DNA of 64,000 nucleotides from Octopus sinensis (lineage: Eukaryota), in assembly GCF_006345805.1 (NCBI RefSeq), contig NC_043000.1:46562001-46626000 (forward strand), in the 5' to 3' direction. Below the pieces are notes generated by a model. It ran no database searches. It saw nothing but the letters and a program-made list of their open reading frames with translations, and was not told the DNA's origin. Shown piece by piece: positions 25,083 through 38,842 of the stretch; within the stretch, counting starts at the first letter, position 1, and the number at the start of each line of letters is the position of its first letter. The translations under genes were made by a program, and so were the position numbers.

Positions 25083-25612
25083 TATGTTTATTTATACCAT
25101 CATCATCGTCGTCACCATTATCATCACCATTATTCAATGTCCGTTTTCTATACTGGTATGGGTTGGATGGTTTAACAGGAGCTGACCAGCTGAAGGGCTG
25201 TTCAGCCTCCCTATTTCTTTTGTCATGGTTTCTATGGTTGGACGTCCTTCCTAACACCTTCCTATATATTTATATGCACTCTTTATATGCTTGATAAATT
25301 TGATGTAATATCTGTGATGTAACTCGGAAGATTATGAAACAACTGTAAACAAACGGAATAAGCTTTTATTCTCTCACTTGACTTACCTTATTTTCCTATA
25401 TCTCTCTCTTTCTCTTACCCACTTTCTCTTTATATATATATATACATACATACATATATATATGTATATATATATATATATATATATCTTAAATGAAAAA
25501 CTAGATTTTATGGTATTATCATTTCAACACATGGATAATTTTCTTTTTAAATATAAACCAACTATGGTTATACAATTGATAGCCGGTATTCACAGAAGTG
25601 CTTCCTGAGGAT

Positions 25613-25656
<44 letters not shown>

Positions 25657-26282
25657 TCACTCACTCACACATATACAAGATAAATATGCATATGTGTATG
25701 TATATGCACATGTATGTGTGTGACTGTGTGTGTTCGTGTGCTAGATAATAGCAACCCAATTCAGAGAGAAGAGATAGGAAGTTTGTAAAAGACATTTCCA
25801 GTGTGAAAAATATGTTGTTGTTTTGAATCCAAGGGAAATAGTTCCTTTTCATTTGTTCATCCCCCAAAATATAAAAGATGAAAAATAATCTACTCAACAG
25901 AGATTAATAAATATATCTTATTTTACCAACACATTCATATTCACATTTCAGCTATAAATAAGTTCAATGATCTTAGATAACTTTGTAACTGTCCAATAAA
26001 AAAAAAAAAACTTAAATGTATGTATATGTATGTATGCATGTATATATGTTCATATAAATTTATGTATGTGTAGCTATGTATACATATGAATATATATGTA
26101 TATACATGTGTGTCTGTGTATATACATACATAAATACACACACACAAACACACATATATAAATACATGCATACATTTATACACACATTCATATATATATA
26201 TATATATTATATATATGCACATATATGCATGAGTGTGTGTATATGTATTTATATGCTCCTATACACACACACACACACACAC

Positions 26283-26337
<55 letters not shown>

Positions 26338-27144
26338 CATACACTCACACACAAGCACATATATATTCATATCCATATATATGCAGGTACACCTATACAT
26401 ACCTTTTTATGCACACATATATGTTTGTGTATGGTTATATATATATATATATATTATATATATATATATATATATAGGGAGAAAAATAAACAAAAAATTA
26501 ATTTCTATTTTATTATTCACTGATATTATGTGAAAAAAAATTATTTTGAAAGAATTATAGTTAATATATCTATAATGGTTTTACCCTTATGACATATGAA
26601 ATGGAAATTTCTTCTTCAACTAAGAATAGAAATCCTTTTCATTTGACATTAAGCACTGAAAATGAAATTGTTATTAATATTCCTCAATGCTTTATTCATA
26701 TTTCACCTTTTATTATCATCTTAAGAAATCTCAGCAGATAAAGCAGGATTTATTTCTTCTGATGTCTAGCCAGTAAAATTGTAATATATTTGCAAAAATC
26801 AATTACTATAACATAACTTTTTTTTTCCTCCGCAAATGGTAATATCATTTTTGTAACTTATGGTTTGGTTCCATTTGATGTGGCAGTTTTCACGAGAGAA
26901 AAATAAGTATATGATTACAAATATTATGAAATAGTTACTTTTACTCGATTTAGAATGAAGAATGGAAGTTATAGAAAGTGATAGTCATACATAAGATAAT
27001 GTAATCTAGACTAAGATTATAAAAATAGAAAAAGAAAATGTGTGAATTTGTACTGAGTTGTGGAACTAATCAAACTATACTTTCGGTGACTCATCAGAAG
27101 TATTTGGTGAAAATCATAATGTAGGGAGGCCTAGATTTGAAACC

Positions 27145-27448
27145 ATGTGGATTTAGTTTGTTCCTTCTCAACACATGCCTGGCTCATACGGGCTGGTTTC
27201 CCGGTTTCTTGGCGTATAGGTTCCCCACCTGAACAGGACACCAGTCCATTGCAGGCAAGATGCAAGATGCAGGAGGAAAGAGTGAGAGAAAGTTGTGGCG
27301 AAAGAGTCAGCAGAAGTTCACCATTACCTTCTGCCGGAGCTTAGGTGTGTTCACTCATAAACACGCACATCGCCCGGTCTGAGATTCGAACCCACCATCC
27401 CTCGACCATGAGTCCACTTCTCTAACCACTAGGCCTTGTGCCTCCACA
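27145..27448 (-). mobile_element. tRNA-derived SINE, family D head and central block, tail type 2
   Basis: Shares the head and gagtgagagaaagttgtggcgaaagag with 12165 and 37085. The tail (gaaaccagcccgtatgagcc on the sense strand) differs and resembles that of 29560-29785. Confidence 0.8.
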
Positions 27449-28687
27449 ATGTGTATTTAGTAGCCAGTATCAAGCCACACCAAATCCAGTTGCTGTCTTG
27501 AATACTAACCAATCATATTGCAGCAATATCACGCCATATAACTGAAGGTTACACATGTTCCCCCTTAAAGTGGAGTTACAAAATCAAAAGCATGGTGTTC
27601 ATAGATGACACAAAGCAAAGGTGTTCATAGGTGACACAAACAACAAGTCTGCAAGAAGAAACATATCTTGGCTATCACTTGACCCTGGGTTAAAATAATA
27701 ATTTATTCTAAAGAACTGAGCATTTTCCTGCCTCTCATATGAAGCCATTCTTATCTATTATTAATTGAATTATGCACTCCATCTACTTCTGGCAAACTGC
27801 AATACAGCTCTGGCAAACATCTGTATAATTATGTAAATATTGTGATCTACATGCATATAAATAAATGTTTATCAAACACTGTTCACAGATAAGTTTAATA
27901 TGGGACTGCACACAGTCTAAATTTCATACCAATGAATCAAGACCCAGCTAATGAGCCAAGCAACAATAACAACAACAACCAACAGGAGCTGAAGGTTTGT
28001 GAAAGTTTTTTTTTTTTTAAAGTGTTGGTACTTGTTTTAACTAATCAGAAAGCTTTAGATTTATGCATGGTATATATATGCAAGATTGAAAATTTTGGCT
28101 CAAATCAAAATGAACTTAGAAATTTATAATTGTCCACTAGACACAGGCATGGCTGTTTGATTAAGAAGTTTGCAGGGTTCAGTATTTAATCCCACTATGT
28201 GGCACCTTGCGTAAATGTCTTCCATCAATGCTTTGCAAGTTGGACAGAAACTGTGCAGAATCCCTTGTGTATGTATGTGCGTATATGTGTGTACACAGAT
28301 CTATATATATACACATATATTGACTTGCTTACCGCCCTTTTATATTAGCAGTTCAGTAGAATATTATATATTAGCAGTTCAATAGGAAGATTAAGCATCA
28401 GTTTGAAATATGTTTTGATTACAATTTAATCAACTAAATACTTGATGGGAGAGAGAATAAGAGAAAAAAAGACAACCATGCTTCATGATTTCTGTCATTT
28501 AATTAAACTGCCTATTGATGAACATCACTCAGTCTCAACTATTAAAGTAAGAAACCAGAAAAAGCCAAGAAAGACTATTAAGAAAAAAATTTCTGCTGTT
28601 GTTTGTCAACAACAACAATCGGTGGTGTATATTTCGTTTGTCACTGTTATTTATGACATCATTCATGCATTTGTACTGGTTTTAGCT

Positions 28688-28869
28688 TTAAGGTTTTAGG
28701 GTTAGGGTTAGGATTTTAGGGTTAGGGTTAGGGTTTAGGGTTTGGGTTTTAGGGTTAGGGTTAGGGTTAGGGTTTTAGAGTTAGGGTTAGTGCTAGGGCT
28801 TTAGGGTTAGGGTTAAGGTTTAGGGTTAGAGTTGGGGCTTTAGGGTTAAGGTTGTGGTTTTAGGGTTAG
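28688..28869 (+). repeat. Degenerate interstitial telomeric (TTAGGG)n tract
   Basis: Many TTAGGG units mixed with TTTAGGG and TTTTAGGG variants, flanked by inverted repeats 28586-28666 / 29061-29139. Confidence 0.9.
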
Positions 28870-29559
28870 AATTACGAAAAAAATGAAAATTTAAGAAACT
28901 GGAAAGGTAGGAGTAGGGGGCAAAAAAGTCTTTCCGAAAATTGTAGCTGAAAACACAGGGCAAAAAAACTAAAAGCAATAGAAATCCATGAACAATTATG
29001 GTGGTGCCATGAAATAAACATACTTCAGATACACTCATTTATTCATACAAACGTAACTGAGATGAAATATGTCATAAATAACTGACAAATGAAATATACA
29101 CTGCCAGAAGTTGTTGTTGAAAAACAAAGCAGTAATTTTATTCAGCTGAATACACGTCATTGATTGGTTGAAATTACCGAAATACAACAACTTTAACATG
29201 AAATAACTTCGTAAATATATACTGTTCTCAAAAACGCTAAGAGTAAAAGATGTTTTATATGACACATTCTACAAGTATACGAAGTTTGAAAGTGTTTAGT
29301 TATAAAAAATTATTTTCCAAATCTGCCGGTCAAAAGGTAAACATCCAATTTATGTAGACTTTACTACCAAACTTATTTTACCATTAAGCTTCCTTGTCAT
29401 AGGTCACATGAGGCATTCATGTAGTTTCTGGGCAGCCAAATTCTATTCATTTAGTCAACGAAGGTTATAGTGGGAGACATTAGTCTAGTGTGTTGTGGTG
29501 TGGGATTGCACCTGTAGGTGCAAATCAACCTTCTTAAATATATGGCAAAGCAAAGGTCC

Positions 29560-29785
29560 CAAGCCATAGGTTCATAGGGCTGGTTTCCATAGCACATGTA
29601 TTCTCCACCTGGATGAAATGGTGTTCCATTGCAGGATTACTCATTTTTGCCAGCTCAGTGGACTAGAGCAACGCCAAATGAAGTTTTGGGCTCAAGAACT
29701 CAATGCATTGCCCAGTCTAAGAATCAAAACCACAATCTTACAATCATGAGTCCAACACACTAACCACTAAGCGATGCCCCTCCAC
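29560..29785 (-). mobile_element. tRNA-derived CORE-like SINE
   Basis: Sense head tggaggggcatcgcttagtggttag..ggttttgattc and central gttgctctagtccactgagctgg. A related 5' part lies at 48495-48620 (+). Confidence 0.65.
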
Positions 29786-29816
29786 TCTTAAATATATATA
29801 TATATATATATATATC

Positions 29817-30291
29817 AGGTGTGGCTGTGTGGTAAGAAGATTGCTTCCAAAACACGTGGTTCTGGGTTCAGTTCTACTGTGTGGCATCTTGGGCAAGTGT
29901 CTTCTACTATAGCCTCAGGCCGACCAAATCCTTGTGAGTGGATTTGGTAGACTGAAACTGAAAGAAATCCCTTGTATATATATATATATATGCATTACGT
30001 GAATCATGGAATTTTGTCAGTCAACAGGTTGTGGACTCAAAGTGCCGAAAAATATTTTGGAATGGACAATGGAATTTACCAAGTCTGGCATAGCATGGTA
30101 AATTCCATTGTCTCAACACGGTCGAACAATGATGATGATGATTTTGGCAAGTTAAATTAAAATGTTGAAGTGAATCTAACGGTTTTTGTGTGTTTCTTAA
30201 ATGGCTTATAAACACCTTCCACGCTGCAATTGTTTTCATTCCAGCACAGGATCTCAGATCAGGTCACTTGCTATGCAAGTACATCTCCCTA

Positions 30292-30327
<36 letters not shown>

Positions 30328-30515
30328 CTGTGTTTGTCCCCCCCCCACCATTGCTTGACAACTGATGTTGGTGTGTTTGCATCCCTGTAACTTAGCATTT
30401 CGGCAAAAGATAAGTACTAGGCATACAAAGAATAAGCCCTGGGGTCGATTTGTTCGACTATAAGATGGGGCTCCTGCATGGTCGTGGTCAAATGGCTGAA
30501 ACAAGTAAAAGAACA
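29817..30515 (+). mobile_element. SINE family A copy split at its internal microsatellite by an insert of about 300 bp
   Basis: 5' half 29817-29975 and 3' half 30315-30515. The insert includes an RTE-type tail (gtctcaacacggtcgaacaatgatgatgat) also seen at 52165-52215. Confidence 0.75.
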
Positions 30516-30875
30516 CACACGCACACACACACACACACACACACATGACTGACAATATGGCAGTGCTTATGTGTAAGGTTGATTATGTGTTTTCAAGTTT
30601 TTACATCATGAACAAATAGTCTACTACTTTGTAAAATTGTATTCATTATTAAACAGTAAACATTGTAAACAAGAAAAGATGATAAGTCTGTATACAAGAT
30701 TAAAGAGTAAACATTGCAATGGTTAAATTGTAATTATTCATTATTAATGGTTTAATGAAGTCACATTTGTCTGAATCTCTTATGTACTTTACTGTCTGTG
30801 TCTTTCACTTTATCTATCTTCTATATCTATCAGTCTCTTTCTCTCTCCCTCTCACACTCTCTCTCTCACTCCATG

Positions 30876-30911
<36 letters not shown>

Positions 30912-30914
30912 TAC

Positions 30915-30979
<65 letters not shown>

Positions 30980-31687
30980 TATGTATATATACACACACAC
31001 ACATATGCAACTATTCAGTTGCTGTAAACAACTCAGAGCAGTACTAGTATATATTTCTCTCTCACACACTTTTTTACCTTTTTTACCTACCATTTACTTC
31101 CTTCTCCCTCTGTAGTCACTTCCTATTAACATCTATCACTTATTCTCATTATTGTATCGCATCACATTATTTTCACTGATCACCTTTCTTCTGCTTTCAG
31201 TTATCTCTTCTTCTCCTCTGAACTACATCTTAGGTCTGGTTTAACATCTCTCATATCTGTCCTGTGAAGGCATATGGCCTAGTTCAGTCGTTCCCAACCT
31301 TTTCACTACCAAGGACCCCTTTTATTTATATGAGTTTTCCCACAGCCCCACCCCCGGATATTCTTTTCTATTCTACTCTAAGCATAAGGCCTGAAATTTT
31401 GGGGGAGTGGGCCAGTTGATTAGATTAATTTATCGACCCCAAATGGATGAAAGGCAAAGTCAACCTCGAAGGAATTTGAACTCAGAATATAAAGACAGAT
31501 GAAATATCACTAAGCATTCCACCTGGTGTGCTAACGTTTCTGCCCACAGGATATTGAAAGATCTGTTAGCTTAACGGCTTAACAACCTCACCAGTGCTGA
31601 AGTTTTGTTGGAGCTCCTGGAGTCCTGCATGCATAGCAGGCTTGCTACCAGCAGCCTACAGTACTATGCTATCCATTTTTTCCAATT

Positions 31688-34200
31688 ATCTGATACTTTT
31701 CTGATTATTCAGGCCATGCCAAGGAGACAAACCTTTTGTAACAGTTTTACTGGGCACTCTATTCCAATTTCCTTAATATCCTCCATGATGCCTTCTGATA
31801 GAGTTCCCAAGGACCCAACAATAGTTGGAACTCTCTTCACCTTCTTTGTTTTCCATAGCTTGGCTATTTCATATTTAAGAGGGTTGTATTTATCTATCTT
31901 TACACCTTCCTTCTTGAATATTCATGGGACAAAGGGGCATGCAACATCATTATATGTGGTGCACCTTATCCACCACCACTAGGTTTGGTCTGTTATGCTC
32001 TAGCATCTGATCTGCTTGGACTGGGAAATCCCAGATGATTTTGTTAGTCTCTGACTCTGCTACCCTCTACAGTTTGTGCTCATACCATGTTTTGCCTCTC
32101 CCTAGCCCCCACTTTTCACACAGTTTCCAATGTAGCACTTTCACTACCTGATCATGTCGCCACACCTTATTGTGGTTTTATGCAAGTCTAGGCCATTCAT
32201 TCGTGATATGAGCACAGGTTTCATCCATTCTATTGCAGATGTGGCACAGTGGAGACACTTGCTCATTCCTAAGGCTGACGCTCCAGTTCATCGCCAAAGC
32301 TTGGTCCTGCAGTGCCAGAATAGTGCTCTTAGCCTCTTTTTTTAGAGTACCTTTCATCAGCCAATCCCACTTATTTTTTCCAGCAACTTCTGTTGTGGCT
32401 ATATGAAATTGATTGTGTAGTCCCTTGCGTAATTCTTCTTCATGTCCTTCTTGTACTTCTCCCTTTGTTTTACTTTGTTTCTCTGTTTTTCATACTCCCT
32501 TTTTCCTAACTGTCACAGCAAGGTTTCCTTACTTTGGGCTCATTAAGCTCTTGTGTTTGATATGCCCACAGTCTTCCACACTTAATCAGTCCTCTTCCTC
32601 CATTTGCTCTCTTCATGTATAAGTGATCAGTGTCTGCACGTGGATGATGGGCTCCATGCATCGTTAGGAGCTTTCTTGACTTCCTGTCCATCGCCTTTAG
32701 CTCTTCCCTGTCCACTTCAGGAATCCAGTGCCATACTGAACAACTGTGACCCCACACGAGTTTATTGTCGAAATTATGTTTCTGGCATTTAGCTTTGAAG
32801 CCAATATCTTTTTCACTTAAGATGGCAAGATGGCAGAAACATTAGCACACCAGGCGAAATGCTTAGTGGTATTTCATCTATCTTTACGGTCTGAGTTCAA
32901 ATACCGCTGAGGTCGACTTTGCCTTTCATCTTTACAGGGTCGATAAATTAAGTACCAGTTGCATACTGGGGTGGATCTAATTGGCTGGCCCCCTCCCCCC
33001 AAATTTCAGGCCTTGTGCCTAGAGGAGAAAAGAATACTTTTCTCACTTGCCACAAGTACTCTCTTTTTGTCTTTTCATTCATGTGCTGTGTTTAATTCCA
33101 TTTGCTTCAAGTATTCACAGGCATTTATAGCTGGACTGAGGTTGAATTGTCTTCATCATTTCACCAATTAGTTGACATATACCTTCTGTCCTGACAAGCT
33201 TTCACCATCTTATTACCATCATAACCCATTATGAAAATCCACACCCCATCTTACTACCATTGGAGAAAATCTGCACAGACTGGACTAGGCTGTCCAGTTC
33301 TGCCTCAGTTTTTGTGAATAGGTTCAGATCGCCCATGAATGGCAAGTGGTTCAGTTTTCCCTTACATCTTCCCTGATCATACCCCAACTTTGTTTCCTGT
33401 AGTATTTCACTCAAGGGGATCATTTCCAGCATGAAGATTAGTGGGAACACACTATCCTCCTGAAAAATTCCTCTCTTGATTATCACCTCTCCTAATATTT
33501 CATACCCTGCTGTCAATTCCATTCTCCAGCACTTCAAGCTGTTTCATATGAGATTTCTCATATTTTCTGCTACTCCATACATTTCCATTGTTATTACTCT
33601 TTACTCTTTTACTCTTTTATTTGTTTCAGTCATTTGACTGCGGCCATGCTGGAGCACCGCCTTTAGTCGAGCAAATCGACCCCGGGACTTATTCTTTGTA
33701 AGCCCAGTACTTGTTCTATCGGTCTCTTTTGCCGAACCGCTATGTGACGGGGATGTAAACACACCAGCATCGGTTGTCAAGCAATGCTAGGGGGACAAAC
33801 AAAGACACACAAACACATATATATATATATATTCATATATACGACAGGCTTCTTTCAGTTTCTGTCTACCAAATCCACTCACAAGGCATTGGTCGGCCCG
33901 GGGCTATAGCAGAAGACACATGCCCAAAATGCCACTCAGTGGGACTGAACCCGGAACCATGTGGTTGGCTAGCAAGCTACTTACCACACAGCCACTCCAT
34001 TCAGGAGTTTGGTAAAATATCGTATGCTTTACTATAGTCAACCCATGCCATGCTCAGGTTTGTGTGTCTTCACTTGCAGTTCATGATAATTTGATTGTCA
34101 ATTAAGAGCTGATCCTTTTTCGTTCCCCAGCTCCTCTTTCGGCACCCTTTCTGTTCAATAGGTAGCAGTCCACTTTTTTCCAAGTATCTTTACATTTCAC
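31688..34200 (-). mobile_element. R4/Dong-like non-LTR retrotransposon (RT plus REL endonuclease), decayed and interrupted by two SINEs
   Basis: RT motifs [20 protein letters not shown] and KRGIFQEDSVFPLIF..LNHLPFMGDLNLF; DTDHLYMKRANGGRGL; C-terminal KIIWDFPVQAD..HNRPNLVVVDK..DVACPF..KIDKY..VGSLGT. Confidence 0.9.
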
Positions 34201-34319
34201 ATTATTATTCCTATTATGATTATTCCTTTGTAACACAGTGTAAGTAAAAATATCCCAGAATCTTTAGTCATCTGTCAAGTCACAACAAGCACTTCAGACA
34301 GATAATACTTTCCTTAAGA

Positions 34320-34480
34320 TGTGTGCTGTGCCCCATAAGGCTGGTTTTTGCAATACATCAATCTTGCATGGGATTTCCAGTTGCCTTAACAAGTTTCAAT
34401 GGGACTGAGCCCAATGCTCCAATCACCATTGGTATCACTTTTAGATTACTCTCTTGCATTCCATACAGTCTTGTCATTTT
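34320..34480 (-). mobile_element. Separate R4/Dong-like C-terminal fragment
   Basis: VIPMVIGALGSVP..IDVLQKPALWGTAH on the minus strand. Confidence 0.65.
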
Positions 34481-34928
34481 CACTTATTATTATTATTATT
34501 ATTATTATATTATTATTATTATTATTGTTGTTGTTGCTGTTATTATTATTATTAAGGCAGTAAGCTGGCAGAATCGCTTGTATACCAGGCAAAATGCATA
34601 GTGGCATTTTGTCCATTTTTAAGTTCTGACCTCAAATTCTGCCAAGGTTGAGTTTGGCTTTCAATGTTCTGAGCTTGATAAAATAAGTACCAGTTGAGTA
34701 CTGGGGTCGATGTAATTGACTATCCTACTCCCTGCAAAATTGCAAGCTTTGTGCCTATAGTAGAAAGGATTATTATTATTATTAATAATAATAATAATCA
34801 GCTGATGCTAAGAGTGCCTCAAGGACCATGGGTTTCATGCATTGGTACTTATCAAGATTGATAAGTGCCAAAGCACGATGCTCCCAGTCTTTGAGTCATT
34901 CTGTAACTTCTGCAGATTATGATGAATG

Positions 34929-35001
<73 letters not shown>

Positions 35002-36269
35002 GTATATATTTATATAAATCCCCAATTTTATCTTATGTAGACAGGATAATAATAAACCTAATAATAATATACACCATGGCTACATATATAAACTGCAGTG
35101 CATACCATTTGGTCTTCCTAAATTGAGTTAATTGTTATTAACATTGAGTGGTGTTCACTTGCTTAAATTGCAACCTTGTTTTGGTTCTGCTTTCCCTTCG
35201 GTTGTCTGAAGGTAAATCAGTATGTAAAGCCATAATTGGTATAAAGTATATTTAGCAAAACACTATAATTATAGTGACATATTTACACATCTACATCATC
35301 AGTATTACTCTTATAATATCCATCATGTTTTTCTCTTTTTCCTATTCAGATATAAATAGGGATAGACTAGCCAAATAGCCAGTATCCATATTTGCCTATC
35401 TTTAAATTAATCTATCTACATTCTTTGCTCTACTGCTTCATTGGCTAGCATCAAACACTACTTATTAACACTTTATCACCTACGTACATATATTATCTAT
35501 TCTCATCACTTGTTCATGTTAATGTGTTTGTTTCTCTTAAAAGCATTGACCAATATCATTGATTCTAATATCTGGTTACTCATATAACATTAGTGGTATG
35601 AGCCAAATAATAAAGGAGTGGGGAAGAGGGTTGTTCTTGACCATCTAGTCTGCTAGGAATAGCGATCAAATTTCTCTCAAATCACACCTTACTGTCTTTA
35701 AAATGGACTAAAAAATAGGGAAGTACACAACAGATAACATATTAAGTCTGCTTGAGAAGAGTTCATTACGTATTGACCATTTTGGGACCAACTCACTGAA
35801 ACTGCCCTTGATGCTCTGATACAAACTTTCTATCTTAAAGTGATCTCAAGTGAATCCCTCCAAGAAAATTTCATATTAATATACATTCCAAACACCAGCT
35901 TAATAATCACAATGATACTTCACTAAATTCTTCGTTATTTTCAAAACTAAATGAAACAAAGAAAAATGATAGAAGCTTCTAATAGCTTCTTGCTTGGTAA
36001 CACAAGTCTAGAAAGGTTTTGTAAGGTGCTTTGTGTCTTCAAGGAATTTTAAGGCTCTGAGCACATGGTTTATTTAATTTGAAAATCAGGATGCTGGTAC
36101 AAGAGAAATTACATGGTAAAAGTGGAAGGGTGAATAAAAACAACAAAAGAAAAGAAAAGAAAGAAAATTAGAGTTATGTCATCTTTGTCTATAAAACTAT
36201 AACTAAGCTAATTGTTGTAGAATAATTCCATGGAGACAGGTCCAAAGTCTACAAGACTCTAGAGAGGAT

Positions 36270-36510
36270 TGTGTCCTCCAGTTCACCAATAGAAATTTGA
36301 CTATATGTTTGTATTTGTTGAAAATTTTGGATCTGGAATTCAGTAGTGCAATGGAATTCTTAGATCTAAAAAGAATATGCGATTTTTCAGCTATCCATAA
36401 GTTGCATTTCTTACATCCACTAAGATATGGCAAGGATTTCTCTATGATTCTCTGCTTCATTGTATGTGATGTGCAGTTGGTCTTCAAACTCGATACATGG
36501 CTAACCAACT
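36270..36510 (-). mobile_element. Penelope-like element, C-terminal part of the GIY-YIG endonuclease
   Basis: LVSHVSSLK..KQRIIEKSLPYLSGCKKCNLWIAEKSHIL..LLNSRSKIFNKYKHIVKFLL resembles the PLE motif set ELxxHxWxLK..W-I....Y....KxCNLCxxEK..LNxRxE....CRH..KFLL. Confidence 0.75.
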
Positions 36511-37084
36511 TAGTGACTTTCCTTTTGCCAGTATATGTACGAGTGTGTGTGTGTGTGTGTGTTCCCCACCACCACTTGACAACCAGTGTTGGTTTGTTTT
36601 ATATCTCTGTAACTTAATGGTCCGGTAAAAAGTGACTGATAGAATAAGTATCAAGCCTGAAAATAAAAATAAGTACTGGAGTTGATTCGTTTGACTAAAC
36701 TCCTCAAAGCAGTGCACAGTGTGGCCACAGTCAAATAACTGAAACAAATAAAAGATATCACCAACGGCCACTTGGACTTGGCTTGCACATACTTAATGTT
36801 ACACTCAGATTTTTAAATGACCACTGACTGTTGATATTTTGTTGTATGCTGAAGAGATATTTACTGGGAAAAATCATGATGCAACTTATGCAAATAATCA
36901 AATTCCATTCACATTCAATCATAATTCAGTTACCTCTCAATGTTTTATAAATTTTCTACATTGATATTAATGTTCTCATGATCTGTAAACTTCATCTATC
37001 TCAAGCTAAGTAAGGAAATATGCATGGTGTATATATTTATTTGTGTATTTATGGATGCTCATGAGTATACGTGTATGTATATGT

Positions 37085-37379
37085 ATCACCGTGACCGACC
37101 AGGCTATCAGATGTTGCTACACATCGCTGGTCACAATGCGCTTCGCATTGTTTTTTAGCCTTCAAATGACGCCACCCTGCTGGCTAAGCGAGCAGGCCAA
37201 CAGAAGAAAGAGTGAGAGAAAGTTGTGGCGAAAGAGTACAGCAGGGATCGCCACCACCCTCTGCCGGAGCCACGTGGGCTTTAGGTGTTTTCGCTCAATA
37301 AACACTCACAACGCCTGATCTATGCGATCCTATGACCGCGAGTCCACTGCCCTAACCACTGGGCCATTGCACCTCCACA
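37085..37379 (-). mobile_element. tRNA-Arg-like SINE, family D head and central block, tail type 3
   Basis: Head nearly identical to 12165-12240 in reverse orientation; the tail is unrelated to the other two copies. Confidence 0.85.
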
Positions 37380-37565
37380 TGTATATATATATGTGTGTGT
37401 GTGTGTATGTATATATATATATACATATATGTGTGCATGTGTGTGTATGATTTTATTTTTGATTTTCTATATAAATGAAGATATTTCCTCTATCTGGCTG
37501 CTTTCCTTTCTACAAAATGAGAAGTTACATTGCAGATCTCTTATTCTAATGAGTTGTGTCTATTT

Positions 37566-37671
37566 ATCCCCTGATGAAATACATCAGCACCACTAGATGC
37601 TCCCGAACCAGTTGTTGAGTGTCCCACCCATGAGGGATCGATGCTAGATGTGTCAAAACAATTGTCATGAT
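37566..37671 (+). ncRNA. Degenerate hammerhead with a long stem II
   Basis: ctgatga-aatacatc-agca..tgct-agatgtgtc-aaaa-caattgtc. Palindromic stem III (acaattgt) and GUC are present, GAAA has become AAAA, and stem I is partly lost. Confidence 0.5.
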
Positions 37672-37777
37672 TAATAATAAATTCTTGTATATATTCCATC
37701 TTTTCTTTGTCATATGTGTGTGTGTGTGTATTTGTATATGTATCTATGTATATATATATATATATATGTGTGTGTGC

Positions 37778-37837
<60 letters not shown>

Positions 37838-38842
37838 ATATGTGTATATGGTGGTTGTCTACTTCTTATGCTAAGTTTGACAACCTCTTATAACTACACC
37901 TTAGATTCATCATGGCACCTGATGTAGCTTTTTTAAACCCGACATTGTATTGAAAAGCCGTCCACATAGATTGCATATCTGATTTGGACTACCAAATATA
38001 TATAAACAAACCCATAAATCGTATAACTTGATAACCTCCTAACTTTAATAACACTCTAGCCAAAATTATTGATCCTGAAATAGGGGCCTCTACATGAGCT
38101 TTAGGTAATCATAAAGGAAAAAAAGTAAATAGGTAACTTTACTGAAAAGGCCAACAACAAAACAAAGTGTGTGTGTATATAATTCCATGATTGAAAATTG
38201 CCTGTGCTCCTGTACTGTTGCCCTTTTCTTTTCTAATCTATCATTGTAACTGTATCTCTATAAGTGATGTATTTGATGTATTGTATGTACCTACTCTTTA
38301 TCTCTTCCATGGGTAAACTTCAGCTTGTTGGACGTCCTGAATATCATGGCTGAAAAACAATTATCTTCAAGTTTTTTTTAGTAGTGCAGCCAACCTTATA
38401 ATATGCCGTGCTTCATGTGCCCTGCTTCTCAAAATAGGTTGCCCATGCCAACTTTGACATGTTACCTTAACTGTAACTCTGTTCATCACTCTATCTATCT
38501 ACCTTCAAAAGCCAACTTCTGACCTTAATCCGTCATCTTTTTCTCTCCCCCTTAGCTTCCCATGCTTTCACTCTTCTCTCCTTCCCATCAATTTTTTTTC
38601 TTCAACTTCAATGTTTCTCGTTTATATTTTAATTCTCAGATAAAGCATTATATTCTATGCTTCTATCCTGCTAACTGATTTTAAAAATTTTCTATAAATT
38701 CCTAAACTAATATTGGCTCATTTTGGACAGTGAAGACTATCTCTAGTTTTCTATGATGTTGGATTTCCCCGTTATAGTATTATATGTTTAATCCCTCATA
38801 ATAAAGCAATGTACAAAAAATTAGTAGAGTCATTAGACTTCA

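Noticed and set aside
27070-27110. Minus-strand CUGAUGA-gucacc-GAAA, resembling a hammerhead
   Set aside because: Stem III does not pair (A-G..G-U) and there is no stem I partner after a GUH; it is better explained as a small local hairpin.
27932-27994. MNQDPANEPSNNNNNNQQELK followed by gtttgt as a first coding exon
   Set aside because: Short, partly an (AAC)n repeat, weak donor and no supporting partner exon.
28688-28869. Link between the TTAGGG tract and telomere-associated endonuclease-less PLEs
   Set aside because: No HHR, pLTR or RT remnant adjoins it; it sits within inverted repeats instead.
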